From Thalia democratica (lineage: Eukaryota): a stretch of 64,000 nt of DNA. Of the stretch, positions 36,728 through 50,929 are shown one piece after another. The position numbers and the translations under genes are program-made. Location: positions 35,030,001 to 35,094,000 of the forward strand of contig OZ241833.1 in the NCBI GenBank assembly GCA_965202585.1, written 5' to 3'. The notes under the pieces were generated by a model. That model was not told where the DNA came from. It worked only from the letters and a program-made list of their open reading frames with translations, and searched no databases. Within the stretch, counting starts at the first letter, position 1, and each line of letters opens with the position of its first letter.

Positions 36728-37947
36728 TTAGCATTTGATGACTGGGTGTGGAAGGATGTGGACTTCTGGTTTGACAATTTTTGAGAAACTGGCTTGGGCT
36801 TGGGCGGAAACTTTGACTGGGGTGCAATCGACTCCGAAGGCTGAGAGGTCGAGTGCTGAAAAAAAAAAATTAAATATCTATTTGGTGTTTGTATTAAATC
36901 ATTTATTTTTGCAAGATCAAGTGCTGATATGAAAAAATGTGTACACTATACAATTTTTTCTCAGTATTAATAACAAGTTATCTTTTTTTAATTTGTTTCT
37001 ATGTACGTATATGTATAACGGGTAGGTAAATACGATTACTTTATCTTATATTTAATATCTAAGTTGACATAAACATTGAAAAAAATAGATCTTGTTCATG
37101 TAACATTACAATAATTTGTTTCAAATACTTTTAATTTCAAAACTTTCGTATTAAATGTGTCGCACACGCAGTTTTGATTGAAATTTTTTGAATATTTGGT
37201 TGTAAAAATATTTCAAACTGTTATAAAATTGCAAACATTTTTTTATCCTGTTTCAATAACTTGCTTTGATTTATTTTTAATAGAAAACTCACGCTCGCCA
37301 GCCTTGCATTTGGCCAACAAATCGTCGAATTGGGCTTTGGTGAGTTTGATTTCTTGAGCTTCACGTTTTGGGGCTTTGACGGCAACACAGGCTGTAAAAT
37401 TGTTTGATTTTTAGTTAGTTATAAAGCAATACAGACACTAAAAGGGTTGTAAGATGTGTTGTTCTGGTTGTTATATTATTTTGCTAAAGTACGAGGTAAA
37501 AAGTATAACTATTTTAGTTAAAAACAACACCACACTGTTAAAAAAAAGGTTAGTATACTATTCTGAGTATCTCACTTCACATTATCAGACTTTATAAAGT
37601 ATTTCTATTTAAACCTTTGATGAATAATTCTTAGTTAAAAAATTTGATCAGTATAGTAAAAGTTAAAATATTACTTTTTGCAACTACCAATGCAAAACTT
37701 GTGCTTTAAGAAATCATTAAACACCTAAAGCTTCAGTTAAATAATTAACTAGTCATTAGCTGTGTGCTAAATTTTACGATAAATCTCAGATTTTGCAAAC
37801 GTCAAACGCGTTCAAACCTCTGGCTCCCTTGTCGGTGTGCTCGGCGAAGTGCTTGACGAGCTCGGCTGGTCCGGTGAAGGAGCTGCTGGCGCTGTTTCCG
37901 GCGAAGGCCGAGGCGACGAAGAGGGCGAGTACGAAGAAGAGTTTCAT
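36728..37947 (-). CDS. Intact 118-aa secreted protein with 4 Cys (exons 37947-37818, 37391-37293, 36855-36728), probably highly expressed
   Basis: MKLFFVLALFVASAFA signal peptide then GNSASSSFTGPAELVKHFAEHTDKGARACVAVKAPKREAQEIKLTKAQFDDLLAKCKAGEPLDLSAFGVDCTPVKVSAQAQASFSKIVKPEVHILPHPVIKC*. Strong TTC/GCC/GTC/CCA/GGA codon bias; all phases match. Confidence 0.9.
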
Positions 37948-37998
37948 TTTGATATTCGATGTATCGAGTAACTGAATGTCAAACTGAAGCCGCGCCCG

Positions 37999-38008
37999 CC
38001 TTTTGTAC
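37999..38008 (-). promoter_or_regulatory. TATA-like box GTACAAAAGG upstream of the secreted gene
   Basis: One mismatch from GTATAAAAG, followed by a GC-rich spacer and TCAGTT/CATTCAGT initiator-like motifs 22-35 nt downstream; about 50 nt from the ATG. Confidence 0.45.
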
Positions 38009-40822
38009 TCGAGCTTGTGAAAACAAACTCGGCAGCTGTTTTGACAACGTGGTTTGTTGTGCTGAATATTAGTTGAACAAACTGATCGAGGCTAATAATA
38101 AATGGCATGTGTGTCATTTATTCAACTTGGGTACTTGAGTTTAACAGCTGTTATTTGTTGCACAGTTGCGTATTGCGTTAAAACAATAAATGCTGAACTT
38201 GTGTAACTTATCAAAACTCAAACCAAGTATTCAAAACTGTATTTAGCATGCGTTATGTCTATATTGTTTTAAATATCACAAAAACTTCTTGTTAAGTTTA
38301 GTACAAACTTATACGGTCTAAAAAATTTTTGGATGTCTGAAAACCTCACGGCAGGGCTGCCAAAAATTTTCTTTTTATACTATATAATATTTTTAAGTAT
38401 CAGCTTAAAATATCATAATCAAGTAAATGAGTGGCAATTTCCTTACAGAAAATCTGGCTACTGTACTGTGAAGATGTAAAAAATTTGGTAAGAAATTAGT
38501 AGTTCAATTGTCCTTTATAATTGTTATACTCTTGAAATTAGCAACAGTAAATATAACGACTTAATTTTATAAATGCAATAAAAAGCTGATTTCGTTTACT
38601 TCATGTGTTTTAAGGACTATGCATTTTAAATTATCAGTCTTTTGATTTTTAGTTTCTATTTGGTATTTAACTTATTTCTAGTCTTATAGTTATTGTTAAT
38701 AATTTGTGTGAATGAGGTTATAAATGGTAGACAAAGATAGTTTTTAAAACTTTTAAATTTTGTTCAGTGTATCATAAAATATTTTTTACGCATTTAAACG
38801 TTTTTTAAAATAAGTTAAAGCTTACAACAGTAGTTTGAAACAATTTAAGACAAAATATATTTTTAACCAAACTTAAAAATGAATTTAATTAAACTTAAAT
38901 AATTTTAAACCAGATTAAATGTTTCACCAGTAAACGTATAAAAAAGCAAAGATTTAATAAAATTATATAAGTTATTTAAAAATTTTCGGTTAAATTTTTG
39001 AAAAATTTTGAACTACAAACTGCTTTATTGGTGTTTAAAACTGTGAAACAATTTTATTAAAAAATGTTTAGTCTAAATAATAATTTTTTTTTCTAAAGAC
39101 TAGAATTAACTTTGATAAACTATGGAAAATCTAAAACTATTTAAACATATGAAAATAATACAGTAGTAAGTGTATTGTAGTCTGCAAAAATATTTCGGAC
39201 TTTGAAATAATATTTTTTTAGAAAGCTTTTCGTTTAACTGCTTTTTAGATTTTAAAGTAACCATCGTAAATTATTTAAATTAATTGAATGAAAAAAAAGA
39301 TCTTTTTTCCATTATTTAGAAGCATGAACTTTGTACGTAGAAACTAAACAAACTTGACACAAAATTCATACAACTAATGTATGACAGCTTAGAAAATTTT
39401 TCTGTAAAGGTCAAAATTTAATTAAACTTGTATAATCTTAAAATATATAATATTACTTAATTTAAATTCCATTTAAGTTTACAATAATGAGGTATAAGTA
39501 ATCCTTACTTAAGATTCATGTTTTAACATGTTGTCAGAATAATAACGTGTTTTTGTTTCTTAAATTCTATATAACACATGTTTTTAAACTAAAGCAAGAG
39601 AAGCTAGGAAACAAACTTATTCATTGTAAGTCGGGACTTCAAAGTCAATCCAATTGTTTAAAAATCTATGAAAAAAGCTTTGTTGGTTCTTATACGTTGA
39701 TATATGCACGTAGATAAGAACCATAATTCTGAATGAAATTTTTCTGAAAAACTCTATATTATTTTTGAAATGTCCTACTTTGTTATATAATGTAAAATTT
39801 TAAAGTATTTTCATAATTGAAAAAATATATGTAGGATAATAAAAACTTTAAATATTTTACAAAAACAAAACTAGGCTATAACAACAATTATTATATTGTG
39901 TGTTTAAAGTATATTCAAAAACCAAGTTTTGAACTAGCACAACAATTGCTTTATCGTTGTTATAAATGTTTTTAGCATATTTTAAGTGGCATCAGTATTA
40001 GTAAGCACTTAGTAATTTATCCGGTTACGAACAGTTTATGTAGTATTTCATTGTTGTGATAGTACAGTTGAAGTTTCAAATATGCTGTATTTCAATTACT
40101 GTAAACTCAGATAAAAACATTTAAAATAATTAATACAAATGAGTTTATTTTTAGTCTTAATTGTTTAAACATAAAATTTATAAAACTTTGATGAAACTGT
40201 AAAACTCAAATTTTACTGATGTTTTTTTTTATTTCTTAATTCATATTTGTATGTTTATTGTATTACACTCAACAGATATACTTACAACTTTTTAACCTAT
40301 TTATTCAATATACATGTAATTGTCTGTAATATGTTCTTAATCGTGATTTTTTAACAAAAACAACTTGCAGCAAATTATACGAAGAAACAAAATAATCTTA
40401 ATATTTTTTTTGAACTTGTTTGTTTAAACATTTTTTACACTTTTCGAAAAGTAACTTTTTTCTAAAAACCTTTCAAAGTCTCGATTGCAAAAAGTTTCTT
40501 ATTAAGGTTCTGACTGCAACCTGTACGCTTATCATATAATTATAATGTTAGTTATAAAGAAAATAACACTTACCTTTTTTTTTGTTTGAAAAAAGAGCAC
40601 AAAATTGTTGGTGAGAAACCGAGTAATTGATTGTAAATATAAAGTTTTAGTTGCGAAAAGTTACATACTATACAACACTTACTCCAAACTGTTAGTAAAA
40701 CTTACTCTATAGCACATTTACACTTTTTTACTTTGAAACATACGTACTACACAATAGTAAGCTGCATGGAAGATGTTTAATAGTTTAAAGTATAAATCTA
40801 ATATTTTTTTGTAAACCTAAAT

Positions 40823-43800
40823 CAGGGTTTCCCAAACTCATTTTCTAAATCGCCCCTTTTTCAGAAATTTACAAAATAATCGCCCCCCACGATTTTACAA
40901 AGTAGTTTTTATTTTGAGTATGAACTTTTGAGCCGAAAAAGTTGTGTTAAAAATGTAATCTAGTCTTGTACTTCTCATGCACGCACTTTTGGGCTGTGTC
41001 CAAAGTAGTTTACTGGGCTTGAGAAACTAAGTTACATTTGTTTTTTTATAAGCCCCGTATAATGTATTAAAATACTTAATTATTAAAAAGCCTTTTGTAA
41101 CCTGTAATAAACCTTGTTTAGATATAAATTGTTTGAAATTAATTAAACTTTTAGGGACAACTTTTGTAGTCAGCAATTCATATTTACTAAAAAATCTTTT
41201 ATAGTTTCAACTCGTAAAAATGTAATTGCAAGCTGCATAATTTAAAAAAATAAAAAATATGAAAATTTAAAAACTCCAGTAAAATTATAATAAAATGATT
41301 TAGTATTATTGTGATCTAGGAAATACTATTGTGAACTGAAAACAATATTGAAAGTGTATTTCAAAATATTGAGTATCGAAAAACTAAATTTTATTTATTT
41401 TTCCTAAGTAGTTTTCAAGGTACTTAGCAGGCCGAAATTTTACTGGACCTGGACCGTACGTTACCCATCTGAAATCTTAACTGAAACCTGACATTATAAA
41501 CGATTTTAAGACATTTAGAAGTTAATACTAAGTAACTTATTTAAGCCGCACAAAATATTTGAATTATTTTTATAAATAGGCATATTCTAAAATGACTATA
41601 CCAGAGATTAAAAAACTATAAAAGAATGAACAGTTTATTTTACACATAATAAAATAAGTATTAAAACATAATTTTTGATCTAGTTGGGGGAAGTTTGACC
41701 GACTGGTTGATTATCTCACATGAAAAGTAGTTTCATCAACAGCTTCAGTTAATGCAGTAAAATTATTATTTTCAATGCTAAGATATATTATAAGCAAGTT
41801 AGTTGTAAAGTTAAAAACTTAATTTTAAACTTTTTAAACTATATGTTTTGTAGTAGAATACCATTAAATAATATTTGACTTGGGATAACCTTGGGAAACT
41901 AAACCTTGATTTATCATTATCTTTTTTCCTAATTAAAATTGAAAAAAAATCAAAAAATTTACAGTTAATTCTATGAACAGAAAGTAATCGATTGAAAATT
42001 TCTTTTAATTAGGTTAAACTTTTGTTTTGTAACTGTAGCAGTCTTTTTGATGGCTCATTTAATAATATTTAAATATATTTTTTCTCTAGTTTTAAGCCTA
42101 TAATAATTTACCAGAAGAAAATAGTAAAAAACTAAAAGCTAAAATTAAGCTATTAAGATAAACAACCTATTCTAATTGCTAATATATTAAAAATTAAGAT
42201 AAAACAAAAATAACAGTTGTATTAATAGTTTAAAATTCCTAAATATATAAACTTTTTAACAATAACAAATCAAGTTAAAAAATAAAATTGAGTTTAAGAA
42301 TCTTTTAAATGAAAAATTTAAAGTCATTTCAAATAGAGACCTCAAATTTGTACTCTTTAAAAACCAAAAAAAAAAATTAAATAAAAACTTTAATGGTTAT
42401 TAAGATTTTTATATTTATACAGATCAAACAAGTAATAACAAAAATATGTCAAATAAATTTCTTTTAAACAAATACTTTAATCACTATGCTATAAAAACTT
42501 TTAGTGTAATGTAAACAACAAATATAAACTAAAAAATTAACCAGGTCAAAATAAAATTATTAACAGATTTAAAAGAACATAAACGATTTAACAAACACAG
42601 TAGACTTCCGCTTGAGTTCGCACTTTGAACAAAATCAAAAAGTGCAAACTCTAAAATTATTACCTTTTTTTTCTAAATGATAAATTTAAATATGTTATAT
42701 GCAATAACGTTAGGAATAAACATGAAATCAACTAAAACATAAAACTAATATTCATTAACAAAATAGATCTATATAGCTATTAAATATTATGTATTTTTTG
42801 TTTTATTCATACTTAGTTAGTAATAGACTTTTTTTAAGTTAAATTTAAGAAAATAAAAATTTGCACTATTTTTTGGGTAAAAAGGGCGAACTCAAGAGGA
42901 AGTCTACCGTAACTAATGTTTATTAGGCATTATGCAAACCTGTTGTAGAATAAGTAACTTAATTAAATTTTTATTATAAAAAAACTTCTTAAATACAATA
43001 CAAACCAGGTTAAATAAGAAGTATTTTAAAAGATCAAATAAAATAAAAAACTTTCATAAAATAATGTCTGCTACTGAAGTCTAATATAATATGAAGAATG
43101 AGGTTCATGATTGCGTGCAAGTTTTTCTAATCTGATTCTTAATCAGTAAAATAAAGCCTCCTTTACAAATATCAAGATTAGATCTTTTGCTCAATATGTT
43201 GATAACTGAACTGAAAGCTTTCTCAACAGCATAGCTAGAAGGAAAAACTATAAACAACAATCTAAATTCCTCTCAAATGATTGGACAATTTTGCCTTAGG
43301 TTTTGTTGAGTCCAAAAACTATCATATCGTTCTTTGGAAAAATTTATTTTAAGTTCAAGGTCAATTTGTAAGTCTGAGAAGGTTTCCTGTACGTCGTTGA
43401 CTTCAAAAAGATCTGCCTCGAAGGGATTCATATTTTTATCTATATGATAGCTTTTTTGTGTCAAATCGGAATTTTACTACTGAAAATTGATAAAAATTCC
43501 AGATTTTTTAAGTTTTTTCTGCCTAAATTGTCAAATTCCAGGTATTTCCAGGTATCTAGAAAAATTGGCAAACCTGTATAGTTTTATTTCTTAGTCTTAC
43601 TTAGTGACTTTTCAAAAAACAATTAGAAATATCATGAGGTAATAGTTAATAAAATATAACATAGATTTTTACAAACCATTTATGATCCCAAATAACATAT
43701 ATGTCAGGTTATAAAATGATGAGAGGGATTCCGATTGTCTATGACCTATGTCATTGTTGAATAAGAAAATATATGAATGAAAATATGTAATTTACTTGAA

Positions 43801-44039
43801 AGTGGAAGTCTTAATTACTTGATTTTTTTCTCTATATTTTACATAAACAAAATAAACTTTTTTCGTTAAAGTTTCACCTCAGGGTCAAAAATTTAACAGC
43901 AAGCTTAAATTATTAAAATATCAAGATAAAAAATTAAAATTTTATGACAGCCCAAAATTTTAAAATCGCCCCCTTTTCGCCCCCTTACTAGTTATCGACC
44001 CCCGAATTACTAAAATATTGCCCACTTTGGGAAACCATG
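40823..44039 (-). mobile_element. Non-autonomous hAT element, 3217 bp, copy 2
   Basis: Starts cagggtttcccaaa and ends tttgggaaaccatg; perfect 8-bp TSD acctaaat (40815-40822, 44040-44047); colinear with 22277-25527 throughout. Confidence 0.92.
43030..43464 (-). pseudogene. hAT transposase C-terminal remnant, copy 2
   Basis: MNPFEADLFEVNDVQETFSDLQIDLELKINFSKERYDSFWTQQNLRQNCPII, then PSSYAVEKAFS in a shifted frame. Confidence 0.8.
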
Positions 44040-44189
44040 ACCTAAATAAACGTAGTTTATGTTAAAACATTAACGATAATAGTTTTATAAAGCTGATAAG
44101 GTTTTTTTTGATTGAATATTGAAAAATTATATTTTTATTTTGAAAACGTTTTATGGTAGTTTTAGTTCTAAAGATTAAAAAAAAATTCT

Positions 44190-47100
44190 GAGCAGGGATC
44201 AGCAAACTGCGGCCCGAAAAGCCAAGTTTTGCGGCCAGCGAGGTACTTTTTAATTAAAAGCATGCTTATTTAAAACTATAAACAAAATCTGTAAAAACAT
44301 ATAAAATCAAGATCTTAAGTTAATAATTACCCTTTACTAGAGATCTATTAGTACTTATTTTACACATGGTTGGTTTAAGTTAAGGTAATATTTTTATGTC
44401 TTATACTACAACAGTAATTTGAAATAGTTGTACTAGTACAGCTATTTCAAATTACTGCGGTCTACTTAACACTTTTTTCCTATAGTCTATACATTGCGGC
44501 CCGCGAGCAACTCTTTCTAGAAAAGTTGGTCCGTCTCTTAAAAAATATTATCAATTCCTGTGAGATGATTTTTTTAAAGTTTAAAAACTAACGGCAACAT
44601 AATGTTCTATTTTCTACTAAGTTTACACAAAGTATTTTATTACCAACAGCTTATTGTTTTCATTATAAATATGTAAGAGCCTGAAATATATTCTATATAA
44701 AACCTTCAAACATTTAGAATGTAAAAAGTTTAAAACTGTATTTATTTTAGCAAAAGATAAAGTGTTAAGCTAGTTTAAACACGATAAATAATTTAGTAAC
44801 GTAATAGTACGCGAAGTTTTGAATACACTTGATTTATTTCCATGGTTTAAACTGCTTTCATTAAAATCTATTCGTTAAAATTTAAGTTTAAAGTTAAGGT
44901 TTAAAAACAAATGAGATTAATAGTTTAGGTCTAATTGAAATTTTTTGGTTGATAAAAATTTCTAAACTTGTTTGCAGTTAATTTTTTGATAAAGCTATAG
45001 TGACGTAATATTAACTTTGTACAAATTGTTATCATTTATAAAGAGTAATACATTTTGTTAATGTTAATTAGTTGTTATTTAGTGTTTTGTAACTCTTTGC
45101 AAGTCTTTTATTTTTTGAACTCTATTATCTTTTTTATTGCAAAATTTTCTATTTATGATCTTGTATAATTTATACTAAATATTTTCATAATTTCTATGGA
45201 TGAACAAAAAATTTTGAAAAAGTACCTTTTCTGAAAACTAGTTAATTTACTTAAAATGGTCAGATGAATATCGAGATTTATGTTCAAGCAAGGAAGTTCA
45301 CGAACTAAAGATCCAGCAAAACCTCCTAAAATTTTTCTTAAGAATTATTTAACTAATTACGAACAAATAACCTCACATTTTATTTTCAACTTAAAAATTT
45401 ACTACTTGTTTCTTATTTCAACTTTATACTTTTTGTAATCATTGATGTCTTTGAGTTAATATGAACCATATTTCGTTTTTAATTGATTCTTAGGACTTTC
45501 ATCTAAGTTTAAGGATGAATCATAAAAAGATCACTTTTAGAATAGTTCCAAGACTGATTAATTAACCTTCAAACTACTGATACGATTACATTTTACTTTA
45601 ACATTTTATTGATATCATAATTTAGTACTTCTTCTTTTTGAAATTCGACTATATTTATTTGATATGATCCACAGTTATGTCTCGCACCTTTGCAGTAAGA
45701 GTTAAACGCTTGCAGTTTGCATGGCAATCTTTTAAACTTCCAGCTCAGCTAAAAATATTAATCTCATTTACAATGTTTTCTTCTTTTATATTTTTGACAC
45801 ACTTTTAAGAATGTGTTAGTTTTGTTTTCCTTTTTAAGTTTAACATTTGCATTTATTGACATTTTTGAATCTCTTTAGTATTGCTAAAAGAAATAATATC
45901 TTTAGTAGCTCATAATACATTTTAAAAAACCTTGCAGTTACCAGTTTGCTTTTGAAGGTACAATGGTAAAGTTTCATTCAAAATAATTCTTAGGAAGTAG
46001 TATCAAATTAAACTTCTTTTTATGCACAAATTGTTCAAATATAAAAAATACTGCCTTCTCAAACAAACTTTTTTTGGAGCTCCAAAATTATTTAGTCCTT
46101 CTCCATCACAGTCTGAAAGAGCTGGACTAGGTAAGGTAACTTACTTCAGGATCGGCAGGAAAGATGTTTTAAGTTTGAGTGTTGTTTTCTATGTTTAATC
46201 AAATTACTTTTAATGAAAATAATATTTAGTTTTTAACTTCTAACTGTTTAGTTAAAAAAAAACGGTTTCTGAAAGTTTTCAATTTTATCTTCCAGTTCTT
46301 CAATTTTGTCGAACAGGAAGATCAAGTTCATTGTCATTTGCTATAACAAAAAACGTAGTATTAACCTACTTTAATTTTTAATTATAAGTAGTTGTGAGTT
46401 ACCTCATTTCCATTTAAAACCATGGTTTTCAGAAATTTTTACGGCAATGCTTGTTATGAATATTCGCATCTTTTCTATTCTTTTTAATAATATTACATTT
46501 ACTAATTCTAATGACTACAATTCTCGATTGATTAAAGTCTTTACCTTTTAATCTTTTTGTGAAGTTGGACTAAGTTAATTTTCAACTTTCTGTAAAAAGT
46601 TATTATAACACAAAACATTATCTGCCCAGATAAGACTCACATGGGCAGCGTTCATTGACTTCAAATGACCTTCGTTTTTTACGATATTATTTTTTTTTAA
46701 TCTAGATAAAAGTCTTCTTCTTTTATAAGCTAAAAGAAAACAAAAATATTTACGAGCTTTTATTATATTAACTAGTTAACCTCTCAGCTCATAAAGAATT
46801 ACTTAAAGGAAAAGGTTTTTGGACTGAACTTCAAATAATTTGTTTTTTAAATAATCAACTTTTGCTTGATGTTTTTCATTTACCTTTTTTGTTTCTGAAA
46901 TATATTTTTTATTTTGATAAATAGCTTGCTTGGATACTTAATTGTTTTTTTGTTGATGAAGCAACTTTCTTTCTTTTAATTTCGGTTAAATTGCAAGCTT
47001 TTGCAACTTATTTTGGAGCACTTTCATCCGTTAACATACTGGAAATAAAAAACCAGGCTTAGAAATACTGTTTATGTCTTTTTTCATAGTATTTTTATAA

Positions 47101-50100
47101 TTTCATTTGCTTTATTTATACAAAACGTTCAAAAATAAATGCTACTGCGAAAATTCTTACATAATTATTTTCGCAAACAAGTTAAATCAATAAAATGTGG
47201 CTAAAAGCTACAAATAGTCTTAAACATTTCATAAAAGCTGGTAACGTACATGTTTAGAACTTTTAAAGTTTGAAAAACTTGTATAGAAATGTTTTCTAAA
47301 CTTTTTATTTCCTGCTGAGATCACGTTTTACTTTAACATTTTTGTTGATGTTTTTTTTTTTTACCTCGGATGTACTTTACTTGTTCGTTAGAATATCTTG
47401 GTATACTTAATTTTTCTTCTAATTAGATACTAATTGTTGACCGGTTGATTTGCTTTCTTGTTAAACATGAGTTAATCAAGTACTTTTTAATTTGCTCATA
47501 AACACTTGAAAAACAACATACTTTTCTTTAACTGTCTTGTTAAATATTTATAAAAAACACTTTTATAAGTTTTAAATGTTTGGTAATCAAGTTCTTGATA
47601 AAAGCTTCGGCCAGCAAAAACCAATAAAGTGTACTAATCTAAAGATTTGACAAATATTAAATAAACGGTTTTTGCAACAGCTCAACTCTTTGCTCCAACT
47701 CTCCTATCTTTTGAAAAAGGTAAGAGAGGTTCTTCAACATTTGCTGAAAAAAAAAAGTTTAGTAAAAATAATATTAACAATGTTTAAACATGGTAACTTA
47801 CTTCTTTGTTCTCAGAGAACATGGAGTTCAAAAACTGTTCAGCCTGAAAAATATGGTTAACTTTTAAATTAAACCACATTTAACTTTAATAAATTTCTAA
47901 CTAGCGGTAGAAATCATTTTGATCGTGAATTTTTAGCATCAACTATGAAATTTTAAATGTGCAATAAATTGTTTAAAATGCTTTACTTAATCAACTCTTT
48001 GTTCCAACTCTCCTATCTTTTGGAAAAGGTAGAAGAGGTTCATCAACATTTGCTGAGAAAAATAAACAGTTTAGTAAACATATTAATAATTTATCTTTCA
48101 AAATAGTGTTAATAATGATGACTTACTTCTTTATCTGCCGAAAACATGGAGCATACAAACTTTTCAGCCTGAAAAAAGGTTAATATTTAAAATATATCGT
48201 ATTTGACTTTGATAAAGTTTAAACTAACGTTTTAATGCATTCTAGTTTCTTGAAATTCTTTAAAAACTATAGCTATGAACTATATAATTGTTAAGTTTCA
48301 AAATAAGCACGTTTGACTTGTTTATTTTTTAAAACAAAGTTTAAAATCATTTTAGCTTGTTTAGGTACTTTGAAAACTGTATTTAAACAACAGTGTTTAA
48401 ACAAACGTTTTTTTCAACTCTTCGACTTTGTTCTCTAACGCTCCAATCTTTTCAAAAATAAAGACGAGGTTTTTCAACATTTGCTATGAAAAACAAATAA
48501 ATTAGTAAACATATTAGCATTTGAATTTTTTAAAAAATAATGTTAATTATGATGACTTACTTCTTTATCTGCCGAAACATTGAGCTTAAAAACTGTTCAG
48601 CCTGAAAAAAGGTTAAGTTTTAAAATAAGCATATTTAGCTTATTTGTTTTTCAAACTTATGTTCGAAATCATTTTAAATTGTTTAGGCAGTTTGAAAACT
48701 TTATTTTCTTTTACTTTCGGTTTTTGCAACAGCTCTACTTTTTCTTTCAACTTTCCAACCTTTTTAAAAAGGAACGAAAGGTTCTTTAACAATTGCTAAA
48801 AAATAAACATTTTGGCATATTTGGAATATCACAATTTTAGATTACTGTATATAATGCAAACTTACTTTTTTATCATAACAGAACATGTTTTCAATGAAAG
48901 CCAGCAAAAACGTTGAGCTTTGAAATGCATCACTCTTGATTTAGAAAAAAATTGGAGTTAACGATTTCCGCAGTTGTGTGCTGCTTTATATTGTCGAACA
49001 ACAAGGTCAGGTTCTTTATCAAGTTTTTTCATCCACATTTTTCTCAGTCTTTCATTCTCCTTATCTTTCTCCTTCTCTGCCAGAATAAGGTTCACAATAT
49101 CTCATTGACTTGAGTTGACCTTATTTTTTCAAGAAGTTTAAACTAGATAAGTTACTTCCTCTTAGAAGTAAAAAAATAGACATCCAAAGCTAAAAAATTT
49201 TTACGAACTATTAAGTTGATAGCCAGCTTCTATTTATACTCTAAATTTCTTCAAGCAGTTGCTTTTTTGCTGGTAAAAAAAAAACAGCCGATTTTAATAA
49301 ACCTTTTATGTTTAGTTTTTATTAAGATGAAATTTTAAACAAGCATTTGTTTTAGTTAACTGGAACATTTTTCTAACACTTACCAAGTTCTTTTTGTAAA
49401 AATTACTGCAAATATTGGTAACTTTCTTCTTTCACGTCTACGAAAGATAACAATAGCTTTAAAGTTTGGGAAACCAACAATTTCCCGGTTTTTTTGAACT
49501 AATACAAAGTTATTTTTGTTTTCCAAAAAATAAGCAGCTTATTTAAAACGTAACACTATTATAAGTTTTGAAAACTAAAATAACTTAACTTTCTTCTTTG
49601 TCCTCTGAGAACATTGAAGTAAAAGCTTGAGCCTGCCTAAACCATTAAAATTTATATGTAAGAAAACTATTAAAAATATAAAGAGTTTGAAACTTATTTT
49701 AGAGGACTTTAATCCATTAACACACAGAAACATATGTTGGTACAATAAAAGAAGGATACTTTATAGCTTGATTTTATTATGTAAGAAAACTAAATTTTTA
49801 AAAGTTATAACTGCTGTTCGTTTCCAATTTTTACGAAATATATATATTCACCTTGTGGTATAATCAATATAAACTATAGGCTTTAATATGAAACTTTAAA
49901 CCGTTTAGTTGAGAAAGAAGTCTAGCAATCCAGTTTTGCAGTTGCTCATTTTTTTATTTCTCGAAGCCGATCTATCTTTTCATATAAGAATAAAAGTTCT
50001 TTACTTTTTGCTAACAATGAAAGCATACTATGTAACGTTATAAATATTGCTTTTTTTTTCTTATAAGATATTTTGATGACTGGTACTACTATGTTCCTTA

Positions 50101-50250
50101 TAACTATCCGTTTCTGAGAGCACGGTATTGTAACTAAAACTTTATCTAGTTCATTAATTTTTGTTTTCCACTAAAAAAAGGCTAACGTTGTCAGCGCTAA
50201 TCATTTTGAGTTGAAATTTTTTAATTTTGTTTAATTTCTAGGTTTTTCCT
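44190..50250 (-). pseudogene. Tandem unit 1 of a decayed multi-exon gene with repeated mini-exon cassettes
   Basis: Colinear with 50930-57780. Example cassette: 47843-47802 AEQFLNSMFSENKE plus 47743-47667 QMLKNLSYLFQKIGELEQRVELLQK, with canonical splice sites. Stops and frameshifts occur in the larger exons. Confidence 0.7.
44193..44560. mobile_element. hAT-like MITE (CAGGGGTCGGCAAACTGCGGCCCG type) heading tandem unit 1
   Basis: cagggatcagcaaactgcggcccg, internal gcggcccgcgag, degenerate right end ...ttcctg. Confidence 0.6.
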
Positions 50251-50929
50251 TGTTAAATTTAAAAAATAACCTCTTTACTTAATTTAGTTTTTCTTTTAAT
50301 GTGAAGGTAAATATATTTTTAAAAACTGTTTTTATGGGTTTTTATATGTTTCTTCCTGTTAGAAGTAAAAATAAACACTAAAAGCTAAAATTTGCCGATC
50401 TCTTATAAGAAAAGAACCGATTTTTTTTATAATCAAACATACGACCACATATAGTTTTGTAGACTGTTAATAAAAAGTCACTTGCTTTTTTTATAGAACA
50501 TTATATTTATTACAGTATCTTCAAAATTTTTCTTACATTAACATTTTTCATCATGAGTATGAAATTACATTCTGACTTAATAAAGGATGCAAGATGTTTA
50601 CAATTTTCTAAACATACAGAAAGACTATTAAGTGAATTAAAAGTAATGCAGTTGAGGGTTGTTTACTAGTTTTTAAACAAGCTCCACATAAACTAGGATT
50701 TCGAAAATATACACTATTTCTTTGATCTTAAAACTCATGAAGCTCATTTTACCGTTTTTTTTTTTGTTTTCTTAAAACATGTTATGAAATCTGCGGCGTG
50801 AAAAGCAATAAAAATAAACCCCTTTTGAAAAAAAACTTTAATATTGGCAGTTTTGTTAAAGAAACTCAGCTTATAAACTTTAAACATTAAGAAATGTTTT
50901 CATAAGTTTCAATTACCTAAATCAGCTTT

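Noticed and set aside
37793-37975. Plus-strand 60-aa ORF
   Set aside because: Antisense shadow of exon 1 of the secreted gene.
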